DNA of 64,000 nt from a virus. Both the position numbers and the translations under genes were made by a program. The notes beneath the pieces are model-generated. The model ran no database searches, was not told the DNA's origin, and was given only the letters and a program-made list of their open reading frames with translations. Shown here one piece after another: positions 42,445 to 53,662 of the stretch; position 1 is the stretch's first letter; the number at the start of each line of letters is the position of its first letter. The DNA is taken from positions 1 through 64,000 of IMG/VR virus record IMGVR_UViG_3300036942_000180. One strand, 5' to 3'.

Positions 42445-42448
42445 AAAA

Positions 42449-42862
42449 TCACTCCTTAAAAATTATTTCTTTTATCATGTCTTCTCCAATAACATTATAA
42501 ATTCCATTATCTAAATTTTTAACTATATATTCATGATGACCATTAAAACCTTTAATTACATTTTTATGACCAAAAACATCTTTTACAATATCATCCAAAT
42601 CTAATTCAGTCTTAGATACTTTATAATTCTCATTATGAACAGCTAATTCATCAATAGGAACTATCTTATAATAATTATTACTACCACCTTGATATTTTAT
42701 AAGAAAGTTATTATCTTCATGAATATAATAAAGAACTTCACAGGGATCTGATATTTTCTGAAACCCTGAATATGTGTTTCCTAAATCATATTCTCTTACA
42801 TAAAGAACATCATCTGAATTTAAAATTCTATTAACTTTTAATTCAATTTCTTCTTTTCTCAT
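42449..42862 (-). CDS. Hypothetical protein
   Basis: Operon-packed ORF. Confidence 0.6.
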   Translation of the reverse strand: MRKEEIELKVNRILNSDDVLYVREYDLGNTYSGFQKISDPCEVLYYIHEDNNFLIKYQGGSNNYYKIVPIDELAVHNENYKVSKTELDLDDIVKDVFGHKNVIKGFNGHHEYIVKNLDNGIYNVIGEDMIKEIIFKE

Positions 42863-42865
42863 ATA

Positions 42866-43213
42866 TTATTCATCCTCCATAATTATATTTACAATACAAT
42901 CGATCGTGCATTCAAAAGCTTCTGACAGTTCGAATATAGAAACTTCATCATCATTATAATATTTCTTTATTTCATTCTCATCATCTTTATCAATATCATT
43001 AATAGTCTTATTACCAGGGTTATAAACACTCCTCAACTTAGATTTACTCCCATTATTCCTGTTGGGTCTGAGATTATACTTCTCCAATATTTTTTCAACG
43101 TGGCTTGGTCCAGATAGACCATGTTGATTGGAAATGGAGTTAAGAGTCAAATCAGAATCATAATATTTTCTAATAATATTTCTGTCTCTTTCTAGATTTT
43201 TATTATCTTTCAT
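42866..43213 (-). CDS. Double HTH-like protein
   Basis: Two Y...TLxxI/SIxEL HTH-like segments. Confidence 0.5.
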   Translation of the reverse strand: MKDNKNLERDRNIIRKYYDSDLTLNSISNQHGLSGPSHVEKILEKYNLRPNRNNGSKSKLRSVYNPGNKTINDIDKDDENEIKKYYNDDEVSIFELSEAFECTIDCIVNIIMEDE

Positions 43214-43387
43214 ATACTATTCCTCCTTTTATTTTTATTCAAAATAATAATATATATTTGACTCTATTTTTATAATTTGTAGAAGACCTGTCAAACCCTC
43301 TTTTTTATTTATTTAATTTAAATGAGCAGAGAATGGGATTTTAATGACTCTATCCACTTCTCTGCTCTATATTAAGGAGATGATACC

Positions 43388-46300
43388 TTATTCTTCGTCT
43401 TCTTCGATTTCAACTTCCACTTCGACGAATTCTCCTGTGTCTTCATCTTCTTTGTAGTACACTGTCTCTTCTCCACTGTTATCTATCCATAAATCGTTTT
43501 CTTCATCGTACTCCAAGTTCTTCTGCTGACTCAATACCTTCGGTTCAGGGATCAAGTTTTCTAATTCTTCCTTAGCTAACTTGTTGAATTGCTCTCTGAA
43601 TTCTTTATCTTCGTCATATTTTTCCTTTATTTCGTTCATCCTAAAGCTACTTTCATAGCCATCTAAACTTTTCCAAGCACTGCCCGAAATTCTCTTAGCA
43701 TCATCAAGTAATAGATAGTTAGATAGAATATTATCATAACCATTAACTTGATCAAAAACACTATTGAAAGTGACTCCTGCGGCAGTTGACCTAGATTTAA
43801 TAAATTTACCTTCGATTTCAAATCCTTTGACGTAGAACTTCTTATCTGGTTTTAATTTTGATCCTGCTTCAAGTTTGATTAAATAGTTGCTTAGATATAA
43901 TGGAGCTTTTCCACCTGGGACATTTTCCGTTTATATTCATATAGATTCGCTACTATCCATACAGTTCTCTTATGAACTTCTACATATTTCTATATAGACT
44001 AGACTATATCTTTTTCAAGACTTTTTCGAATACCAATAGCTTGTATTCTACTCCCTTTCGGGATAGTCGTTGAACTTTATATATTATATTATTCCAAATA
44101 ATTTTAATATTTTCTTTAACTTTCCATATCTATAATATTTGTATTTTATTCTAAATATTTTATAATTATTTTTAATAGCTTTTTTAGATTTTTTATAATC
44201 AATTTCTTTTCTTCTTTTTAAATCTTTATCAGTCATGCTCCATTTTTTCTTATCATGTTGTTCTCCATCAAATTCAATTAATATATTTTTATTTTTTATT
44301 AAAAAGTCGTAAGGTTTATTTGATAGAAAATTATCATTTGGAATTACAAACTGATGCTTGTACTTTATATTATATTCATCTAAAATTTCTATTATTTTCT
44401 TTTCACCTTTAGATATAGTAATAGAGCAATGTGGACATCTATTTTTATTATCTACAAAATCATTATAAGTAGTTGTAAATTTATTATTACATTTCAAATG
44501 TTTAAGAATAATTTTAGTCTTATTGTTTTTATATTCTCCCTTTTTAACTTTAATAAACTCATAATTATTATTACTTTCTTTTCTTATAATAGATTTTATA
44601 TTATTTTTAATCCACATCTTTTTACCCATTGTATTATTTTCATTACACACTGGACATAATTCTTGATTTGATTCATTAATTGTTTGAGGTAAACATTCAA
44701 AGTTAGTACCACAATCTTTATGAATTAAATTAATTGATTTTTTACTACTATCATAATTAGATGAAATTATATAATTATCAGGTATATTTCTTTTTAATTT
44801 ATTAAATGCTTTTTTTGATCTTTCTTTTAATCTACATTCTGGACATCTATTTCCATTACTAAGAAAATTATTAGGTTTTATTTTCCATATATGTCCACAT
44901 ATCATATGTTTACATCTAATTTCTGTAGAACTTCCATCATACTCATCTAAAAAAAAATATTCATCTTTAACTTTATCATAAACATCTTGTTGAAACTCTT
45001 TATTAGTCTTTTTTCTTGGCATTCTAATCGCTTCCTTTAATAAAAAGGAATAATATAATATATTTTAGCTGCTGATTGCCCATTGTAACATCTATAAGAT
45101 TTTTAAGCATATCACGTTTACTAGTTAAGTTACGTTGTAGCTCTTATAGCTTTAGGGGTTTCCAGCAATTAAATCTTTTTATACAGAACTAAAGTTAATC
45201 CTGTTTCAAATAGTTAATTTCAGCCTTAGTTTTATTAAATCCAATTTCAATTTTCTTTGTGATGTGATTGACAACTAATAGGATTATATTAGCATCATTC
45301 AAAAATGAAGGGATTCTTTTAAAGATTGAAGTGTTTACTTTTGCCACGGCTGAAGCACTCATACCCCCTGATAGCTCTTCCTCCTCCTCTATATTTTGAG
45401 GACTCATTACAGCAAGACTGTCCAGTATAACAACTGTAGGTGGAAGAACTGTAATTGGTTGTCCTTCATCATCCACTTTCCCAGTATCTAACTCTAATTT
45501 TTCTCTATTCTTTATCTTGAGCTTACTTAAGGACTTGATGCCTTTGTAGAAAGTTTCGGCGTAAATATCACTCTTCAATAAAATATATTTATCTTTAATC
45601 TTCTTAGAAGGCCACTCTGATAATGATTGAATTCTATTCTTAGTTGTAGCTCTCTATAGTGATAGGTAAGCCTTTGATATTATCTCCAGCTTTTCCCCCA
45701 CTTCACACTGTACGTGAGACTTTCACCTCATACAGCGTTCTAACATGTTTTAATATTCCTTATTTAACTCCACAATATTTCCTACTTAATTTTTCTCTTT
45801 GTGCTTTCAATCTTAGTTTATTCAATCTGTTGAACTTTCTTCTACCCAACCCAATTTTCTTGACTATTTTAGTAACTGTAGGTTTATTACCATGTATTAA
45901 ACGATGCTCAAGTTTAGATACAATAATAAGGTTATGATATTCATCAGTGCCATCAAATTCTTTAGGTAGTTTGTGATGAATTTCAAAATTACCAGATTGA
46001 ATATTTTCATTAGTAATCTTTGTCTTACCTTTTTGCTGTATATATAATCCAGGTAGATAACTGTATATGAGGTTATTAAATTTAATATTTTTCTTCATAA
46101 CCTTAAGTATCCAACTACTACACCTCTTAGTATATACATTATTTCTAAACCCAAGTTTCTTTAAGTCTTTCTCATCATACACATTAATATTAGGTTTCCT
46201 CTGTATAAGTCTCTTTTGATTTACTCTGTATATAGGTATCATAGGATTTTCAGGTCTAATATAGAAGTATTTCACCTTATCCTTACCTTTCAAAGCAGAA

Positions 46301-48703
46301 ACCAGCTGTCTTTCCACTTTGTAGTCTCTACCATATTTGACCTTATCCTTAAGTCCTTTAATTCTACTCCACAACTCATCATGTAGTTTGTATAACTGAC
46401 TACATACATCATTAGCTGCTGAATAATAATTATGAATACCGTTCACATATACATTGTATTTATAAATTTCTTTATCATTTTGGAATTTAGCTATCCTGTC
46501 AATATGATATTTTACTTTCTCCCTGATATTCTCAAGAGCTTTATCACTTATCTTAATCCTAGTCATATAATTTCTATGAAGAGGATTATTGCTTTCCTGT
46601 TTATAAGGAAGTAGTTTAATATCAAATCCTAGAAATTTAGAGTTGTTGGAAGTGAGATTAACTATCTTACTCTTTCTTTCAGATATCTCCAGCTTTAGGT
46701 CTTTTTCAAAAAAATTTTTCACTCCATGATAAAACCTTTTAGCTTCCCAATAACTTTTACAAAGTATCTTAAAGTCATCAGCATATCTTACTAGGTATCC
46801 TTCCTTCATATCAGAACCCTTCTTTCTTAACATCTTCTTCATGTTTCTGATATTAGTGGATTTATTCTTGGAATTATAGTTGTTTAGAACGTCACTATAT
46901 TCCCACTGATTATTAATCCATTTATCCAATCTATCTAAATAAACATTGGCTAATAATGGGGATAATACACCACATTGAGGAACACCTTTAGTCATTTTCT
47001 TACCATCAATCGTGCCCTTGAGAATAGCCTTGATAATCATCAAAACCTTCTCATCTCTAATTCCAAAATTCCAAAGTTGATTCATTAAGACTCTATGATT
47101 AACATTATCAAAGAAACCCTTAATATCTACATCAACTGTGAATTTACATTCCTGATGCATAGTTTTTTGAACTACTCTAGCAAGTGCTTGATGACATCCT
47201 CTAGTTGGTCTAAAGCCATAACTTTCTTCTTCAAATCTGGCTTCACAAATAGGCTCAAGGATTTGAACAATCATCTGTTGAATAATCCTATCCTCTATAC
47301 AAGCTATACCTAAAGGTCTCTTCTTACCGCTCGCTTTTGGAATGTAAACTCTACGCGTGTCATTAGGTTCATAATAATCTAACCTATTTTTAATGTGTTG
47401 ATAATACTCATCTAAATCTTTCTTTAATATTTCCTTCATGGTAATACCATCAGTACCAGGAGTATTCTTCCCAGTATTGTTTTTAAGTTTATGAATAGCT
47501 CTCAGAAAATTTTTCTTGGATATTATAAGATTGAACAGATTTTTAAAGTTAATATCTTTAGCACTTCGGCTATACAACCATTTATCTTGCTTATTTAAAC
47601 CAAAGTAATAACTGTTTGTATAATCTGTTACTAGTTGCTTATTGGATGACATTTGAGTTTCTCCTCCCTTCTAGAGGGATATTGCGTCCACTCTTATTTA
47701 CTCATAAACGATTCTGTCATCATTGTTCTTTATTTTACTCTTTTAGTTTTAAGAGTTTGGAATATTAAACATGTACGAAGGACTATAACTCCACAGTTCA
47801 TTATCACTGCTTCAAAGTCTAGTGTCCTTGCTTTCACAACATTAAACTGATTTCCATCTATGATTGTGGAACATAGACTTTATACAGACCAGTTAGAGGA
47901 TTAATTCCCTTATATAACTGTATGTTGTTTCCCTTGTTCCGATAGACTTATCTATTTAATACCCTTAGATGCCTTCTATGACTATGTGATATATGATGTG
48001 ACCATAACACACCAAGGATGTTCATGACCTCGATTTTACTTATCCTCATATCACGACACACTGTGTCCACCTGCATATTATACAGACTCTATATAGCCTT
48101 CCATTCAAAGGTTCGTCAGACATTTTAAATTATATCATACTCATCATAGGTACTAAGAATCCAGCCCTATACACTCATGACCACCTCTGGTTCATTTTTC
48201 GCATGGTATAAATGTATAATACCAGTAACGGAGTGATTCAGACTACTTTAACGGGCTTCACAGAATATAGTAACTAATCTATATATTCCATGCCGTAGCT
48301 TCAGACCTGTCATTTCGATACTATAAGTGTATCTCATTCTAACAGTCAGCCTATCAGTTATACCTTATAAAAGATACAGCATTTTTCTAACATCATATAA
48401 TGTTATTGTATGCTAACAAGTCACACCAAAATCATAATGGACAATTTGCCCATTTTCATAAGGCTCAACAATATTAGTTGCCATCTGTATTGCTAAAGTA
48501 GTCTTACCTGTACCAGATTTTCCAATTATAGTAGTAATCTTACCTCCATCAATACCAGCAATAATCTCTCCTGTCTCGGGGTCTTTCCTTCCATTGGTGT
48601 AATCCAGAACGTCAATCCCTGTTCTATACGTGGGAAGATATGCATCCTCTGATCCAAGGTTTTCTTTTTTAATAGTACTTCTAAATTGATCTGTTAAATT
48701 CAC
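43388..48703 (-). CDS. RecA/UvsX-like recombinase, 3 exons: 48703-48427, 45655-45198, 43927-43388 (424 aa)
   Basis: Walker A GKSGTGKT, YDF|ERAT, Walker B VILDSLA, LVVNH, QD|ENVPGGKA. Confidence 0.9.
43928..45197 (-). mobile_element. Group I intron (1270 nt) with homing endonuclease in recA
   Basis: ACAGGAU/GUUCUGU P1; P, Q, R, S; terminal G. Confidence 0.9.
44084..45022 (-). CDS. Intron-encoded Zn-ribbon/Vsr-like homing endonuclease
   Basis: KHxxC..CPxC repeats, SKGE, YDFL, IEFDGEQH. Confidence 0.85.
   Translation of the reverse strand: MPRKKTNKEFQQDVYDKVKDEYFFLDEYDGSSTEIRCKHMICGHIWKIKPNNFLSNGNRCPECRLKERSKKAFNKLKRNIPDNYIISSNYDSSKKSINLIHKDCGTNFECLPQTINESNQELCPVCNENNTMGKKMWIKNNIKSIIRKESNNNYEFIKVKKGEYKNNKTKIILKHLKCNNKFTTTYNDFVDNKNRCPHCSITISKGEKKIIEILDEYNIKYKHQFVIPNDNFLSNKPYDFLIKNKNILIEFDGEQHDKKKWSMTDKDLKRRKEIDYKKSKKAIKNNYKIFRIKYKYYRYGKLKKILKLFGII
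45656..48426 (-). mobile_element. Group II intron (2771 nt, probably bacterial class B) in recA
   Basis: 5' GUGUG; domain V GAACGCUGUAUG..GAAA..CACGUACAGUGU; domain VI ending ..CACUAU; G|AG rejoins as Glu. Confidence 0.92.
45760..47652 (-). CDS. ltrA: Group II intron reverse transcriptase/maturase with HNH endonuclease domain
   Basis: TPGTDG, RPLGI, SYGFRP, DIKGFFD, GVPQCG..SP, YADD, FLGF, C-terminal HH...NL...H..IH. Confidence 0.95.
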   Translation of the reverse strand: MSSNKQLVTDYTNSYYFGLNKQDKWLYSRSAKDINFKNLFNLIISKKNFLRAIHKLKNNTGKNTPGTDGITMKEILKKDLDEYYQHIKNRLDYYEPNDTRRVYIPKASGKKRPLGIACIEDRIIQQMIVQILEPICEARFEEESYGFRPTRGCHQALARVVQKTMHQECKFTVDVDIKGFFDNVNHRVLMNQLWNFGIRDEKVLMIIKAILKGTIDGKKMTKGVPQCGVLSPLLANVYLDRLDKWINNQWEYSDVLNNYNSKNKSTNIRNMKKMLRKKGSDMKEGYLVRYADDFKILCKSYWEAKRFYHGVKNFFEKDLKLEISERKSKIVNLTSNNSKFLGFDIKLLPYKQESNNPLHRNYMTRIKISDKALENIREKVKYHIDRIAKFQNDKEIYKYNVYVNGIHNYYSAANDVCSQLYKLHDELWSRIKGLKDKVKYGRDYKVERQLVSALKGKDKVKYFYIRPENPMIPIYRVNQKRLIQRKPNINVYDEKDLKKLGFRNNVYTKRCSSWILKVMKKNIKFNNLIYSYLPGLYIQQKGKTKITNENIQSGNFEIHHKLPKEFDGTDEYHNLIIVSKLEHRLIHGNKPTVTKIVKKIGLGRRKFNRLNKLRLKAQREKLSRKYCGVK

Positions 48704-48825
48704 TTCAAATCATCTCCTTATTTATGATGTCTTAATAAAATACTGTATGAAATTGTTTCACTCGATTTTTACAAAAAAAAATCCCTAACCAATTTTTGAG
48801 GTTAAGGATTAATTTATTAATTGAA

Positions 48826-49773
48826 TTATTCAACTTTATAGTGCCAAGTATCAATGAATGTTTGAGTGAGGTCTTGATAATCAAAAATGTTCTGCCAATT
48901 AACGCTAGTTTCATACTCTTCGATAAATGTTTCAGAAAGGACTTGATACCTAGAAATAAGATCCCAATTAACTTCAGTATCATGAGTTCTAATGAAGTCC
49001 TCTGAAAGAGTTTGATATTGCGAAACAAGATTCCAATCTAGTTTATCAATATTATTCTCCATCTCTGCTTCTGTCAGTGATACGTACTTACACTGATAAT
49101 TCCAGAAGGTATCATTCTGGTAAAATTCTACTTTATCCAAGTTGAGCTTGTAATCATATTCATCCACAAAATCCATATCTAATGATTGGTATCTGGAAAT
49201 CAGTTCCCAATTTAGATTACTTTCATAATCCCTCATGAACTGGTTGGATAGGTTTTGCTTGGATGAAACAGCATCCCAGTCTAAATTGCTAGAATTCTCC
49301 CTCATGAAATCTTCAGTCAAAAATTGATATATGCACACAGAGAACCAATCTAAGTTTTGAAGATTGTTCCTTAGAAATTCCATTGAAAATACTTTATTTT
49401 TAATAGCTTTCTCCATCTTTAATTTTCCCTGCTCAATCTGTTCTTGAAGGATGTCTTCGGGAACGTCTTGCCCTTCAACCAACCTTTCTGCGTTGAATTT
49501 TTCCAAGTTATCCCTGATGTATTGTTCTGATATCTCCTGTGTCTTAGCTACTAAGTTAGCACCTACTTCATCTATGCTTTCTTCAACTAAAATAGGTGGT
49601 ATATTAGTCTTATTTATGAACACCCTCTTCAGATCCATTTCATCCTTATTTTCTCTAAAGAGAGCTATTTTCTCTTCTTCAGTAAGTACCTGACTATCAA
49701 ATATGAAGTCTTCCAACTTCTCCATCCCACTCAATATGAAATGTATCTTGAGCATCTTAGTCAACTCTGACAT
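48826..49773 (-). CDS. Tryptophan-repeat protein (acidic, lacks the KKxxME tag)
   Basis: LDW..VS.YQ.LSE.FIR 22-aa repeats. Confidence 0.8.
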   Translation of the reverse strand: MSELTKMLKIHFILSGMEKLEDFIFDSQVLTEEEKIALFRENKDEMDLKRVFINKTNIPPILVEESIDEVGANLVAKTQEISEQYIRDNLEKFNAERLVEGQDVPEDILQEQIEQGKLKMEKAIKNKVFSMEFLRNNLQNLDWFSVCIYQFLTEDFMRENSSNLDWDAVSSKQNLSNQFMRDYESNLNWELISRYQSLDMDFVDEYDYKLNLDKVEFYQNDTFWNYQCKYVSLTEAEMENNIDKLDWNLVSQYQTLSEDFIRTHDTEVNWDLISRYQVLSETFIEEYETSVNWQNIFDYQDLTQTFIDTWHYKVE

Positions 49774-49796
49774 TAAAATTTCCCCCTCAATATATT

Positions 49797-50369
49797 TTAT
49801 TTCATAGTTAATAATATTTCTTTATGTTTCTTTTCTGCATTTACTAAATTTCTAAATATATAAGATACGCTTGGGTCATTTGTATTCATATGAATATGAG
49901 TATACAATTTAATAGCTTCATTTTCCTTATCAATAGAATGGTCGATAAATTCATCCATCTCGAACGGACCAGTAAATTCTATCTCCTCTTCTAGCTCTTC
50001 GAATTCATCTTCACTCATCTCTATTAAGTCCGCTATCAATTCACCATGTTCTTCTTCATGATGACTAACTCTTCTTAAAATAGCAATATTTCTAAGTTCA
50101 TTTCTTTCCTTACATTCTTCCAGCATCGCTTCATATCTAACAGTATCTTCTATTTCCATTCTAATAGCTTTTTCTAATTTTTCTTTCATATCGTCTGTAA
50201 TAGAAATTGAAGTAACTTTCTCCCATAAATCAGGATCCTTCATCTCAGTACCTTTGCTTCCACAGTAAGGACAAGTATCAGGTCTTTCTTCACCTAGATA
50301 AACATGATTACATACTTGACATCTATAAATATTCTATTTACTATTCTTCACTTCTTCGTCTAGGAACAT
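49797..50369 (-). CDS. Rubredoxin + ferritin-like (reverse-rubrerythrin-type) protein with in-frame TAG at codon 12
   Basis: SD at ~50378, MFLDEEVKNSK*NIYRCQVC...CPYC in frame with the ExxH-containing ferritin ORF (49797..50243). Confidence 0.65.
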
Positions 50370-50483
50370 ATAAAATCTCCTTTCTTTTTATTAATTATTA
50401 CTTTGTTACAACACATTAAAAATAAAAAAAAAATAGACTGAGATTTTATTTAAAATATCTCAGTCTATATTATTAAATTTTAA

Positions 50484-50894
50484 TTATACTTCTAATAACT
50501 GATATCCTTCTTTCTTATGTAAATCATCTATAGCAGTTATCAGATGAAATTTGCTTTCTTCAAACCTCATTATTATAGTGATGTTAAAATCACTACTATA
50601 TAAGTGAAATTTCTCATTTAATTTTATCTCGCAATCAAGTTCTTCATCGATGAAATGCTTAATCATAACCTTTACTTTCTTTAGAGATATCACTCGATTG
50701 TACATTCTATAATCGAAATGGAAAGAATTATAGAAGTTATAGAATCCGATTTTGATATTTTCTCTAAATCTCCGACTATATTCTTCTTGAGGTCTAAGTC
50801 TTCTCTTTCTTAGACCTCTCATTCCCTTAATCTTTACTAAATATCCATTACTATTATTTAACTTTTCTACCTTTTCAAGAATTCTTTCTTCCAT
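50484..50894 (-). CDS. Hypothetical protein
   Basis: SD; SFHFDYRMYNR...LITAI weakly resembles 31488. Confidence 0.6.
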   Translation of the reverse strand: MEERILEKVEKLNNSNGYLVKIKGMRGLRKRRLRPQEEYSRRFRENIKIGFYNFYNSFHFDYRMYNRVISLKKVKVMIKHFIDEELDCEIKLNEKFHLYSSDFNITIIMRFEESKFHLITAIDDLHKKEGYQLLEV

Positions 50895-50915
50895 TTTAAT
50901 ATCCTCCTTTTTAAG

Positions 50916-51215
50916 TTATTTAACTCTTACTTCTTGCAACTCAGTAGGGATATAAAGAGTTTGCCCTACTGTTAATGATTTACTTTGTAAATCATTATAT
51001 TTTACAATATAACTTATAAGAGTATGACCATCATATGAATCTCTATTTTTAATAATAGAGATGAAATCCCATAAACTATCTCCTCTTTCTACAGTAACTT
51101 CAGTTTCATATACATGAGTCAGTTCATAAGTTTCATCCATATATATTTGACTGATTAAAAACCCAGCAGTAATTCCTAAAACTAATATTAAAATAATTAA
51201 ATAACCTTTTTTCAT
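50916..51215 (-). CDS. Membrane-anchored LysM protein (YneA-like architecture)
   Basis: TM helix then VERGDSLW...N.L...L.VGQTLYIP. Confidence 0.8.
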   Translation of the reverse strand: MKKGYLIILILVLGITAGFLISQIYMDETYELTHVYETEVTVERGDSLWDFISIIKNRDSYDGHTLISYIVKYNDLQSKSLTVGQTLYIPTELQEVRVK

Positions 51216-51445
51216 AATAAATACCTCCTAGTATTTTTAATAATAATTAAAGTCTAGTCAAATTATCATCCTCTGAAGGTTCTCTTTCTTCAGAAGGATC
51301 TACCACAATCTCATAATCATTCATTAAATCACCTCCTTGTTTCTATTCATTATAATAATATAGGTTTAAGTATTTGACACTTACGGTTTTAATAAAAAAA
51401 AAATAACCCATAGATAAATTAATATCTATGGGTATTATTATTAAA

Positions 51446-52033
51446 TTATAATTGACTTGTAGCTTCATCTTCATATCCTTGTTCTATTTTTTGTTGTTCT
51501 TCTTTGTATTCTTTTGGATAATATTCAATCATTACATCGGGAGTAATACTTGATCCAACCATTCCAAAATAAACTTTAATATCTTCGTTATCCCACATGT
51601 ACATTACTCCTACATGACCCATTTGTAAGGCTTCTTTAAACATTCCTGGTTGATCTTTATAAGTTTCATTATTCCATACTATGCCATAACTTCCATCACT
51701 AGGATCCCCATATAAAGAATTTAATCGATCTGGCATATTTTTGTATATTTCAATATAATCCATTCCAGACAAATTTCTTTCCATAAGAATATATCTAGCT
51801 AGTGAAAGTTTATTATCATAGAAAAAGTAACCAACAGCATAACTATTACCAGCGATATTAATTCCAGTATAAAATAATAAATTACTCTCTTCTTCATATA
51901 AACTAGCTGATTCATTTTCCTTTACTTCTTCTTTAGTCATACCCCAGTTTACATTTCTGAAATCTTGACCTAAAGCAGTAAAACTAATTCCTATTACCAA
52001 GATAAATACTAATAAAACTGTTAATTTTTTCAT
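51446..52033 (-). CDS. Secreted hypothetical protein
   Basis: Sec signal MKKLTVLL..ALG|QDFRNVNWGMT. Confidence 0.75.
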   Translation of the reverse strand: MKKLTVLLVFILVIGISFTALGQDFRNVNWGMTKEEVKENESASLYEEESNLLFYTGINIAGNSYAVGYFFYDNKLSLARYILMERNLSGMDYIEIYKNMPDRLNSLYGDPSDGSYGIVWNNETYKDQPGMFKEALQMGHVGVMYMWDNEDIKVYFGMVGSSITPDVMIEYYPKEYKEEQQKIEQGYEDEATSQL

Positions 52034-52511
52034 TAATGATCCTCCTAATTAATTTTTAATTATAAAAATTCTATACCATTTTGATGTAAAATAACTTCTT
52101 TATTAGAAACATCTAAATGATTTTCTTCATCTAAAAATATATCTAACCACTCATCAGTTTCTAAATTCTTAACTGCAACGCCCCAAGGAAATTCAATCAC
52201 TCCAAACTTATCTTTTTCTTTTTCTTCTTTATAATCTTCTAAACTAACTATTTTATTATTAATAAAATATCACTCCTTTCTCTATTCATTATAATAATAT
52301 AGATTTATAATTAAAGTAAAAACAGATAAGGAAATTAATCCTTATCTGTTATTGTAGTTATTCGTCCTCATCTAATTTATCTTCTTCCTTCACTTCAATT
52401 TCAGCTTGTTGCTTAATGCCAAACGCACCGAGTCCATTATCTTCAATGATAACTTGCTCTTTTTCTTCTTTCTTTTTCTTATCTTTTTCAGTCATATCTT
52501 ATCATCCTTTC

Positions 52512-52964
52512 TTAATCATTAATAGGATTATTAATAAAATTGTTATATCTTAAAAAATCTTTAGTAGCGTCTGAAATTTGATTCAATTTTTTTATCTCTT
52601 TTATAGTAAACCATCTAATTTCATCATGCTTATGAGGTTCCTTATTAATTAAATTACCTTTATAATTTATTATATTATATAAGAAACTTCTTACTTTTAT
52701 TACTTTGTTCATTCGTTTGTACTTCCTTGTTTCAAGAGATACCAAATCGTAATTCAATAAACTAATATTAAGTTCTTCAAACGCTTCTTTTCTCAATGTT
52801 TCTTCTTTAGTTTCACCATACTCTACTTTACCTACTGGAATAGTCCAAGTATCAAGTTTATTGTGCTTCATCAATAGATATTTATCTTCTTCATTTCTTA
52901 TTATCATGGCTATTCCATCGTGATCTCTCAAATCTGTCTTATTGAATTCAATACCTTCAACCAA
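52512..52964 (-). CDS. NUDIX hydrolase
   Basis: GKVEYGETKEETLRKEAFEELN Nudix box. Confidence 0.88.
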   Translation of the reverse strand: MVEGIEFNKTDLRDHDGIAMIIRNEEDKYLLMKHNKLDTWTIPVGKVEYGETKEETLRKEAFEELNISLLNYDLVSLETRKYKRMNKVIKVRSFLYNIINYKGNLINKEPHKHDEIRWFTIKEIKKLNQISDATKDFLRYNNFINNPIND

Positions 52965-52984
52965 TCACAGCACTCCTTTAATCT

Positions 52985-53659
52985 CTATTCATTCAGATGT
53001 ATTATGTGATCGTGTCCACAATTAGGACAAGATTCTCCATCATTTTCCCATTTTCTTTTCTTGCCACATAATTGACATTTTCCATATATTTTAGTTGATT
53101 CATTTAAACTTTTATTTATCAATTGAATGTCTAATAAATCTTTATCTCTTCCAAATATCTCTTTCCATTTTTTAATAGATTCTAGTGTTTCTACTTGAAG
53201 CCCTTCTACTGTTTCAGTTTCGTAATCATACACTTCAGGAGCCCAAGAATCAATATTAAAACATTCTATATCATTATTTATTTCTATTCTTTTCCCATTA
53301 AATTTAGCAGATTCTATTTTATACTTTTTAGACAATTCATTAAAAAAATAATCATTCTCTACCACTAAATCAATATCATTAGTATAATCTTTGACTCCAT
53401 GTAATACTAATGCAGATCCAGAACCTACAAAAAATTTATCTCTTGGAATGTCAATTTCGTTATTAATCATTTTAATAATATTTTCTTTATTTATTCCTGC
53501 ATTATTAGTAGATTCATTCAATAATTCTAATTCTTTTTTATTAATATCCATCTCTTCAGCCAGTAAGTTCATATCATCAACTGAAGATATCTTTAATTCT
53601 TTTATTATTTCCTTTACTTTTTCTTTATTATTCATAAGCAACAACCTTTCAAAAATCAA
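52985..53659 (-). CDS. Nucleotidyltransferase-fold protein with C-terminal Zn ribbon
   Basis: GSGSALVLHG..DIDL, GRDKD, CQLC/CPNC. Confidence 0.7.
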   Translation of the reverse strand: MIFERLLLMNNKEKVKEIIKELKISSVDDMNLLAEEMDINKKELELLNESTNNAGINKENIIKMINNEIDIPRDKFFVGSGSALVLHGVKDYTNDIDLVVENDYFFNELSKKYKIESAKFNGKRIEINNDIECFNIDSWAPEVYDYETETVEGLQVETLESIKKWKEIFGRDKDLLDIQLINKSLNESTKIYGKCQLCGKKRKWENDGESCPNCGHDHIIHLNE

Positions 53660-53662
53660 TAT

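Noticed and set aside
45760-47652. RT as the DGR or retron enzyme
   Set aside because: It has maturase and HNH domains and lies within clear group II intron boundaries with domains V and VI
48732-49028. 98-aa minus-strand ORF
   Set aside because: Alternate frame overlapping the Trp-repeat gene and recA promoter; no SD
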